Source: Dimorphilus gyrociliatus (lineage: Eukaryota > Animalia > Annelida). Taken from it: 64,000 nucleotides of DNA. Below, one piece after another: positions 42,105 to 54,211 of this stretch. The notes under the pieces are model-generated. The model saw only the letters and a list, made by a program, of their open reading frames with translations, was not told the DNA's origin and did no database searches. The stretch covers positions 682,001 through 746,000 of the forward strand of contig CAJFCJ010000025.1 of the NCBI GenBank assembly GCA_904063045.1, in the 5' to 3' direction. Both the position numbers and the translations under genes were made by a program. The stretch's first letter is position 1. Every line of letters begins with the position of its first letter.

Positions 42105-42614
42105 CGTCTAGAGTAGAATTTCTAATTTACAGCTGTCGACAATAGTAAAGAATATACGAAAACTGTCAAATAGAACAAATTCAAAATGTTCTTTATTAGA
42201 AACATTTTCCTAATATAATCCAAAGCCTTTTAAACATACGTACATAATTTAAGACTTTTCCTCAAATTAATCCCAAATTTGCTAGTCATAAAGGAGAAAA
42301 ACGAGAAAAATGTCAAGCTGATCTGTTGAGGCTTGTTTATTGTTTTGTGATGGCGGCGATGTGCATTGTGGGATTTTTTTATACGAAGATAACTTTTTTA
42401 AAATTTTCTAAAAATTATTTTTTAAAATGAATTATATATAATTCAATTTTAAAAAAGTATACGAAAATTTTTTTATCCAGCGATATATAATTTAAAAAAA
42501 TAGACTTACCACGAGAAATATGTCGACGAGACTTTTTTTAAGTGCCGCCATTTTGAATCCCTTTATTATTTTATCTTATAAATCTAGCAAAGTGGGTAAC
42601 GAAAAAAAGTTAGG
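42105..42614. promoter_or_regulatory. Putative bidirectional promoter between FZR1 and PSMA2 with YY1-like motifs
   Basis: The head-to-head ATGs are 510 bp apart. GATGGCGGCG at 42349-42358 and GCCGCCATTTTG at 42544-42555. Confidence 0.55.
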
Positions 42615-43746
<1,132 letters not shown>

Positions 43747-44292
43747 TTAAACAAAACTTATACTAAATTTTCTTTAAATACATGCGTTTTCTTTGCTATG
43801 TTTTTGCGTTTTTTTTAAATACAAATTCATTCCTCAATGCTATAATTAAAGCGGCAGAATAGGTAAGAATAACCATCTCTTTAAATTAAATGAATGAATT
43901 CTTTATACAACTAATCAAGTCAATCAGACTTAGTCCGTAATGATTTCTCTCCTAAATAAAAGTTTTAAAAGATTTCTGTCTTATTTATGAATCTTTTGTG
44001 AGTGTCATTCTATCATGGTTAACATACATTTCTATATTTAGAAAGTGTCCAGATGTCGGATGTCAATGCTGAAATTTACATGAACAGAAGGCATACATGG
44101 CTAAGTTAGCTTACAAAGCAAATGAAAGTAAGAACATTGTAAATAAAGTGCCAACTCCAGTCTGATCCCCTTTCCCAGTCTACTCATATTACCGACGTTT
44201 CTGATTGGATTAGGTAGCAGAGCATAACAACTATAAAAAAATTGGTAAAATAGACATATTTTTAATCATACCTGGTTTAAGTTGTCGGTAAA

Positions 44293-44976
<684 letters not shown>

Positions 44977-45362
44977 TTTTCTGTAACCATACTTTTCCAA
45001 ATAATAAATGAATGATTAAGAGACTTTATGGTTTTCTGTGATAGTTCAAATACTACAAAGTCCAAGATCAATACAATAATCTCCCTTTTAGCTGGGGATG
45101 ATATGCTAAAAGAGATATGGCGAAATTATTATTTCCCTACGAACATTCTCTTTTTACCTTGACTGATCTTTAAAATGACCGATGATTGGGCTTGTGCTTC
45201 AAAAAGGCTTGTACTGTAAAATTTACAGCTATAGAATACTTGAACTAGGAGTATGAATAGATACTTGAAGAATTATTCTGTATTTAGACTTAAAACCTAA
45301 GACTTTTTGTAAAAGTGATATTTTTCAAGAGTTATAAATGGAAAGTATAAAATATATTTCTT

Positions 45363-45603
45363 NNNNNNNNNNNNNNNNNNNNNNNNNNNNNNNNNNNNNN
45401 NNNNNNNNNNNNNNNNNNNNNNNNNNNNNNNNNNNNNNNNNNNNNNNNNNNNNNNNNNNNNNNNNNNNNNNNNNNNNNNNNNNNNNNNNNNNNNNNNNNN
45501 NNNNNNNNNNNNNNNNNNNNNNNNNNNNNNNNNNNNNNNNNNNNNNNNNNNNNNNNNNNNNNNNNNNNNNNNNNNNNNNNNNNNNNNNNNNNNNNNNNNN
45601 NNN
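45363..45603. other. Assembly gap (241 N)
   Basis: Run of N characters in the sequence. Confidence 0.99.
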
Positions 45604-45959
45604 ATGCATGAAATTTTGATAGAATTTCAAAGCTACCGCCCAGATGGCGCTCTTAACAATTGATGAAATACTCATGTTGATGAATTAAACAAGGGTTTGT
45701 ATACTAAAAAAGCCCGTGAAATTTTTTGCTGTCAAAGGCGATGGTACTTGCTTTATTTAGAAATTTTCCACCTTTACAAACATGTCCAGGTAGATGACCT
45801 CTTCAGCTGTCAATCAATATACGCCTATCCACACAAACTACCTCATAGTTTGTCATAAGACGTTAAAGTTTAACTCTTAGTCATGAATGCGCTAATATAT
45901 GTAAGAATTTTAGTTATTCGATGCGAAAAGTCTTGTTTGGACGCGTTTTAACGACGTTT

Positions 45960-46700
45960 TTTATTCCGTAAACCGACACCTCTACCTGACTATTGGACTC
46001 GTCCAATCACCTATAGTAGCCACTCCCCTTGTTTGTATTAGCGTTCTTTGACGTTTTTTTTGGCTAAGTATATTCCTTAGTCTTATATTATCAAGAAACT
46101 AAAAGAATATCACAAAAAGCGATGTTTATAAGTGCATTTATCGTTCATTGTGTAGGAGATTGTGGCGCCATCTTTAAATGACACAATCCCATCATGCCTC
46201 TCAGGTTGCGCATGCGTACCTTCACAAATGCAAATGGCGGCACTTGTTATTGTCCCGTATAAACGTTGATAGTGCAACTTTATTTGCCGATTTTTCGATA
46301 GCAGGTATGTTCGGATTAAAACCTTTGGATTAAACGCTAACAAGAAGGTTTTATGCACCTAATAAAACCATTTTGGATTTTCGTAATACTGTAAAAACTG
46401 TGCTTTCAAGCCGTTTTTTCCGACGCCTATTTGGCCTAAGCATCACATCGAACGTCGGGTAACATCACATCTTTTAGTAAACATAAAATATATGCTATAT
46501 AAACTACTTTTATTAAATTAATTTTTATCAAATCGTTAAGTATAAAGAATTCTTTGTATTTTCCGCGCACAAAACGCAGAGAATTATGAATATGTACGGA
46601 AATATAGCGATAGTAAATAGTTGGTTTGTTGCCAAGATGGCGGGCAAGCTCCCATGGCTTCCTTGCAAACTTTAGATTTTGAGGTGATCTCTGCATTAAA
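45960..46700 (+). promoter_or_regulatory. Probable promoter and 5'-UTR region of the NCOA6-like gene
   Basis: Back-to-back CCAAT boxes ATTGGACTCGTCCAAT (45992-46007), an NRF1-like TGCGCATGCG (about 46207-46216), YY1-like CAAATGGCGGC (46231-46241) and CAAGATGGCGG (46633-46643), and a CAG/GTATGT donor near 46305. No convincing coding ORF. Confidence 0.5.
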
Positions 46701-48201
46701 CATCAATAATTTATTGTTAAAAATATAATTAACTATTTAATATGATAAAAATTTAGAAATTTGGCGCTAAGATCAAATTTATTTTGCCGCAAAATGTCGG
46801 ATCACGTGTTTTAGAATTTAGTACATTTAGGCGGTTCAAAAAGTCGGCGTTTTAATCCCATAAAAAAGTAAATCTTTTCTTTTAATTAATTGTCTAACTT
46901 ACTTTTGAACCTTCAATATGAGTTACATTTAAGCCTTAAATACTAGCAGAAAATTTTGTGATGTCTTTGAAATTTCCAACTTTAATAAAATAATTAAAGC
47001 ATTTTGGAATCATTTGAGAAATTCTGTGAAATTTAGCTAATTTATGTCTTTCTATTATCAAATGTTTTAGAGAAGATATGTAGTATATAGTCTAGAAGAA
47101 AGAAGGCGAGCAAATCTTTCTTTTAAATATCCATGTCAATAACTTTTTTCAGTAATTCTACTTGAATTTTATGGCCTAGAAACTTGTTTTTAAATAGGAA
47201 AAATTGAATTTATAAGACTGTACTTATGCAATTAACTGCTAAAGAAAAAACTAGAAAATTCGATGACTCAAAATTTATTCGTTAGCACATTTCGTGGCAG
47301 CAATTTAGCTTGAATTAGAGAAAATCAAATTCAAAATATTGCTTAATTATAAATGATATATTACGTTTTGAACCGAATACTTTTTCAGTAACGAAATGTT
47401 CTTTTTTAAAAAACTAAAAAATGAAAGAACTTTGATTACAATATACTATTGTGCACGTTTATTACGAAGCTTTAAGCGTATAATTAACTTTGAGTTAGGC
47501 TAATCAGTTGCTATTGATTTTTGCATACTTTGTAATTTTTCGTGTCTGATGGGGCAAGAATATAAAAACTTTTATTTTAGTTTTTTTAGGGAGGGTGTAT
47601 TTATTCGTGGCAGATGAAATAGATTTACTCAAAGACGAATCCAAAGCCAGAATTTTCTAGGGATATCTTATCGCAATTGTTCCCATTTAAGATTATGGAT
47701 TATTTTGTGTAAATAATGATTAAGGATATGTCTTTCACTAAATATTTCAGCAATTACTAAAACTTTAATTAAGCTTTCGAATATGACTAGAGTAATGTAT
47801 AGAATGAAAAGCATAACAAAGAAATATTAATAAGTAGGAGATTATTTCTTGATTGAAAAACAACAATTCGATTTTAGCATTCATTCTAATCGTTAATATA
47901 TATTACAAACTACTCTATATGCTATCGTTATCTTGATTAATTGTAATAAAATGTCTGACTGAGCTTTAAGGGTCTTTAAACATGTTACACTCTGATGTTA
48001 TTTATAAAGATATTCCCAAAAATGAATCCCCGACTTTGGTTTTTTGAGTTGTTTGTGATATTTTACTGCGAATAATCCAATCAGCATTGTTCTAAAATTA
48101 TACTATAATATAATAAATAGCAATACTTAATTAAGTTAAAATTTTTAGGAAAGGCATATGAAGACATAACCTCGAAAGCCATCATATTGAATGGCGGCAA
48201 G

Positions 48202-51161
48202 ATGCCGGCCGAATACACCGAAACAATATTGACGTGTGAAGGCGACTACGACGATCCTCAAATACAGAATAGGGTGCACGAAGTCCGCCGAAAACTCGAA
48301 TCTCTCCTTCTACCCACCCGACATTCTTCTTCGGCAGCCAGCAGGCACCGCTTACACGTCAAGAAGGTGGAACCTTGGAATTCGGTACGCGTAACGCTGA
48401 GCGTTCCTCGCGAAGCTGCGAGGCGTTTAGCCCAGCTCGCTCAAACGAACGGTCAAGTTCTGAGGGATTTGGGAGTATTAAGTGTAAATGTTCATGACGG
48501 TGATCGCGTTCTATCATTGACGCTCGCCCCGGAACCAGGTGGTTCGGAAAATCGAGTCGTTGAGATTCGAACTCAATCGTCCACCTCAGAGAGCCAAGCT
48601 CAGCCTGCTGAAGGTTCTCTATCACAGTTCTGCTCAGTGCCATCTCGTACGCCGCCGAATAGCGCAAATAGCGCCCTCCTTGTTAACTTACTGCAAACTG
48701 TCGCGAAGACTAGTGAACATCAGCTACCGCAATGTTCTTCAAGTAAAGATCATCAGTTGGTGTCTGGTGCTGTTGGTGTTTCCCATGCCGAATTACGGAA
48801 TACAATAGCACAAGGTCATGCAGGCATTCCACCCGAATTACGGAATGCAATGTCCCAATGTACTTCTACACAAAGTAATATGAATACAATGAAAGAACAT
48901 CATCCAACGCTTTCGCATGGTAACAGTTCTGTTCCTCTTGAACTCCGGAATGCAACTGCAAAAGACCATCCGCTTGTACAAAGCCATGCAAGTAGTATTC
49001 CCCCAGATCTTAGGAATACGCCCCCAGAGCAGCATATGGGGCTAAGTCCTACTGGTGTTCCTCCTGAATTGCGGAATACAATAACACAACTCGCTTCTAA
49101 TTCCTCTTCTAAAGAACGCCACGTTACTGTTCCGTTTTCTCAAGCTCATCACCCTGAATACTGCAATCGAGTTCGACCCGATTTAACTAACATGATGAAA
49201 GAACATCATCATAGTGGTATTCCACCTGATTTGCGGAACGCTACAAAAGAGCATCCACTTGCTCAAGTAAATGCTAATATTCCTTCTGAACACAGGAATG
49301 CTACAAAAGAGCATCAACAAAGTAGTATCTCTCCTGAAATGAGAAATGCTGCGAAAGAACATACATTGCCTCAATGCACTTCCGGTATTCGACTGCAGAC
49401 TCCGCAGGAACATCAGCAACATGTACCTCAGAATTCTATGTATACGGTACATCACCATTCAAATGTGCCTCCTCCTCCACCACTCCATCACCCGCCGATG
49501 TTTTCCGGCAGGTCAGTTACAGTACCGCAAACAACTGCAAACAACCACCATCAACAACAACCGCCCACTAAACGAAGGAAGACTTTGGAAGAATCACCAA
49601 CTTCCATGGCAAATGTCTTACCGACTCCCCCGTATTCAGCAAGTCCGAAAGAGGCTCCATCGGACAGTGGGGCACAATCGCCCGGAGGAACGCCCTCTCC
49701 TAAAGTTAACGGGCCAAGTAAATCAAGTCCGAGTCCCGTTGAAAACGGACCTTCCAAGATTGATGCTATTGCATGTCGTTTACAGCGACAGCAGCAGCCA
49801 GAAGTAATGACAGTTGGGTGTGTTTTAGCTTCTAATCAGCCATCTTCAAAGTCTGGAGTTATTGGCCAACCGAAGGTAAAAGTGAATTTGAAGGACGTTT
49901 TGAGAGCTCAGGGACCTAATCATAAATCGCCTACGCCCGATAAACTGTGCGTGAATATTTCCAAACTGCTGCAATGCAACGGTGCTAATAATCATTGTAA
50001 GTAATTTTTTGTTTCTATTCTTCCTAGGATTTTTTTTAGTAGAGAGGTATTAAAAAAGTTGTGCGTTCCCAAATATTAAAAAACTCTTGAATGACGTATG
50101 TTCCATACTACGTTATTTTTTTTTTCTCTTTAATAGTACAGTAGTTTTTAACGAAAAAAAAATAATCGATAAAAAAAAAGTAAAAGGGTTTAAAGTAAAA
50201 AAAAGATAATATACCTTTTAATTCTTTCTTTTATTCTATGAAATTTTAAAGGATTGAACAAAAATTGATGTCTATATTTACAAGTAACATTAATACTGAA
50301 AACTAAGGTTTCAATACTCGAATTTCGTACGTATATTTATAAATTTCATCTGCAAAATCTGTTATGCTGTTTAGATACAATTGAACATGAAAGTTTAATA
50401 TTTGGCTAAAAAGTTTAAAGAAAGCCTGGTACAATATTTTTTTATAGGGCATTCAACAATCATTAGTTGAGGTATTATTATATAATAAATTCAAAATTGG
50501 AATATACATATATACATAACTCTCATAGTCTGGTATCACTTCTTTAGTTTTTTAAATATGCTAAAGTAGAAAATAAGATATTCTTTCTTTGATATAAAAG
50601 TTAATTTCATGCAGTTAAAAATTATTTTATGAAAGATATGTATTTTAAAAAATCAATAGCTCAAGGTTAAATGTTTTCCATAAGATGACCTTGTCGTGTC
50701 TAGAATGTCATTGTGTACTCTTGAATATAATTTCACAAACAGGAAAAAATTAGAATCAACAATTTATCTCCAACGCTAAGACTCTGTTTTAGGGAGAAAA
50801 AAATCGTTTGTTATATGTGCATATAATAAACAAGACAGGAATATGTTTAATAAGTAAACACTTGAAAAAATTGAATGGATTCATAGTTATTTTCATTGAA
50901 GCTTTGCTTTTTTTTCGTATTTAATAAATAATTTTTTCATGTATATTTCTACTAAAATGAAGGTTTAAAACTTCAAGGAAACGTTGAAATTTTTAGGCGT
51001 ATTATAATAAAATTATATATATACATAAATACAGTATATATATCCTGTATATGTCTCTCTCCCTCGCACGCTCATACCTGCCTGTCTCTATCTCTCTCCT
51101 ACTCTCCCTTTTTCTTTCTTTCTCCATTTATCTTTCCACTCCTCTCCGTATCCCCCCCTCC

Positions 51162-51206
<45 letters not shown>

Positions 51207-53010
51207 TTATATAAAAACGTAAGTGTGAATAAGAGAATAGGATTTTATTTACGTCGAAATTCAGATATTAAGACATTTGTTGAATTTTATTTTGCTTATT
51301 TAAAGTTAATGTAAAACAAGGGAATCTATTTTAGATACTATTATCAAAGTTTTTTTTTAAATGTTCGCATTAGTTCCGTAATATTTACTCTGGAAAGTTC
51401 AAAATTCTAAAAGGGGTGGAGGCTTTTGTGGGTCCTAATTTCCGAATATATTTTTGACAATATCCCACTTATATGATGTGTCATGTATATACGGGTGTCC
51501 GATGATGATTAGTAGGAATTTTTAAAAGCAAAAATGGACGTAAAAAGCGGAAATGATTATATTGTGAGTAAGGCGGCTAGAGCGTTAACAGTTCTTGGCT
51601 CGAGGCCAAGCTGGAATCGTGCCAGTATTTCTACGACTTTGATGCAGATGGCGCTGAATCCAACATGTGTTTAAGAGAAATTTCTTATCAGAGATACTTG
51701 AATTAAAATTAAATGTATTTCCTCCCCTTATTTGAAATAAAGACTATATAAGAATAATATTCTTGAAATGCCAACTGCTTCTACTTGTATTTAAAAAAAA
51801 GTAAAAAAATCGAACTTGATATTATCGATTTTTTGAATAAATTGTGTGGTTGCTAGAAAACAAGGAATTCAAGTTAGGATTCATATTTGTCGAAAATCGA
51901 CTGTAGAATGTTATGTTCTAATGCATATATAAAAGCAGGCTGTTAATCGTCTGTAAGTCCTTCTTGAAGAAAAATGTTATACGAGTCTTTCGATGTTGTA
52001 AAGAGAGAGAGAGAGAGAGAGAGAGAAATACACACTATATTTGGTAAACAGAGTTATCAAAAAAAGTAGTTGTAAAATATCAAGGTTAAATTTTTTAGCA
52101 GATAACGATTATCTAACAGAAAATTAGGAAGAAATTTATTCTGCATATTATATAGATAAAATGACAAAATTGTAAGCGCATGTTCTTTAAGTCCAGCCAA
52201 AAAATGATTGATAAGAATGATTACTATTTAAAGGACTGAAATTAATATATAATATCTTATAGAAATATCTTTCTATACCAGACTGAATTTTAAAAAAGCA
52301 TCATATACAATTTTTATTTGGTGGCTAACTAACAAACAAAGAATTTGCTATACTAAATAGAATTTGGAACAAACTATCGTCTATTATGAGAAAAAAAAAC
52401 ATGTAAAAGTTTATTGCATAATTTATCAGGCTACATAATTCTTTTAACTACGCACTTCCTTAGTTATATTTATGCCCTCTCTTCTTCTCTTTCATCTTTA
52501 TTTAAATTGTTCCTTATCTATAAAAAATAAATAAGCAAGCAAACATATTGTTAAAGTTGTAACAGTAAATTAATTTTTATTTTCTTTTTGTTCATAGTAT
52601 CGCAAAACAATTCCTCTGTGGAAAACGAAAAGGAGGAGACGTCGTCTAGCGATGCCTCAACACCGCCGAATCCGTCACCGACTCACGATCACAACTACAT
52701 GACGTCACTTAACGGCGTCGAAAAAAAACCAGCTCAAAAACGCTCTTCGGTGGCGCAATTGTTAGAAGAACGTGAAAAACGGCGGCAGGAGACTCCAACA
52801 GCATCAACAAATATGATGGCGGCAAATTTCACCCTCAACTTGACTGAATCAGTTCAGAAGGTTATGACGGCGCTAGAAGATGAAGAACTTGTAAATGGCG
52901 ATTTATCGCCCGCGTCCAAAAAAAGGCCGAGGGAAGAAGGCAAAAATGAAGGAGGCGGTGGAACAGGGAGAGGAAAACGGAGATCCGAGTCGCCGCCTAG
53001 CGCCGATTAG
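48202..53010 (+). CDS. NCOA6: Nuclear receptor coactivator 6-like (about 735 aa)
   Basis: Exon 48202-49996 (ATG in CAAGATGCC context; the frame is open back to an acceptor at 48149) is joined in phase 1 to exon 52598-53010. The N-terminal domain LHVKKVEPWNSVRVTLSVPREAARRLAQLAQTNGQVLRDLGVLSV matches the NCOA6 N-terminal domain. The LxxLL box LLVNLLQ matches NCOA6 LxxLL-1. Joining the last exon is inferred from phase. Confidence 0.8.
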
Positions 53011-54211
53011 ATCTGATTGCTTTTTTTAAATGTAGCCTTTGATGTACTAGATTGGCTAACGCATTATTTTAAAATAGGTTTTGACCGTACAGACTTTTTA
53101 AAAAACTTAATCAATTGAACAATAAGTCTTATATTTTCCTAAGTTTCTTTCCCTAGGGTTAAATGAGAGGGGCTGTTCGTCTCCTCAACAAGTACTTGTC
53201 TGCTATAATAAATATACAGTTTATTTGAAAATTTTTATCAGTTTTAAGGAAATAATGAAGGTACGTGTTACTTTTATAAGTCAAAAAAAATATCAGTGTT
53301 TTTTACTAAGTTAACAATTAGCAGACAATAATCAAACCAAAAAAACATACTTAAGAATGTGAACTAATAACATAAGATGATAATGTTATGCTTTAATTTA
53401 TTTTTCGTCTTTACTTGTTAATTACTTCGAACTAGTATAATTCAACCCTTGTTATGTTTACTTTCCACGGAAATATCTGTTTAAGAATTTTGATAAAAAA
53501 AAGAACGAAAACCTTTTATTGGCCAATCTTGGATATCTCTTTTTGTACATAATGATCGGTGTATAGGTTTGTTTTTTTTCTGGGCTACAAACAAAATGTG
53601 CAATGCGAACGAAATTGTACAGTGTTTGGAAAACTGGAAAGCAATTATGTGTACAGCAAATTGTTTAAGTTCTTCCAATTTTGTTTTGAAAATACGAAAT
53701 GGTTTTTGTTTCTTTTTGTAGACAAACAATTTGTTATCTGTCATGCATGTATAAAAATGTTATTAAATACGATAGGCATTTTGTATATTTTTGTATGAAA
53801 ATTTTATTATTGTACTCTTTTTCATGGTGCACTCTCGAATAATTAATAAATTTACCAATTCTGTCTCAAAATGCCCGTCGCTGTCTTTACCAAAACAAAC
53901 AAACGAATAATATACAAAGTAGCGAACGTGTGTCTCCGTTATATGTACACATCTTTCATCGTCTTCAGTTTTAATTCATCCTGAAATAAAGTCATGCTAT
54001 CAGTTAAATCGTAATATGTTATTTGAAAATTTTAAAGACCACAAGGCATAGATCAAGGTCTGTTTCTAAATCTAACTCTTTGCTCTACATAGTATACGCA
54101 TAAGTGTATAAATAAATAAATATGCAGGCTTTGTATCATCGATGTATCGACAGAGTTAAACCTCAAACATTCATCTACAGCCATCTGGTGCTTGATTTTG
54201 AAAACTAATAC

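Noticed and set aside
45095-45170. Possible C/D snoRNA downstream of HINT1 (GGATGATA ... CTGA)
   Set aside because: The C box is non-consensus, there is no terminal stem, and it is not in an identified intron.
45835-45856. let-7-like seed: TGAGGTAG on the minus strand, CTACCTCA on the plus strand
   Set aside because: The match stops after about 9 nt (TGAGGTAGTTTG versus TGAGGTAGTAGG), no miRNA-length hairpin forms, and the site is not in an evident 3' UTR.
46110-46696. Minus-strand ORFs 46110-46358 and 46436-46696 as a possible transposon or small genes
   Set aside because: No transposase or domain motifs, no terminal repeats and no splice-consistent model. The region looks like promoter and UTR.
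48359-49807. Overlapping alternative-frame and antisense ORFs inside the NCOA6-like exon (also antisense ORFs within the ABCC4 and PLOD genes)
   Set aside because: They are expected shadows of long coding exons and have no independent motifs.
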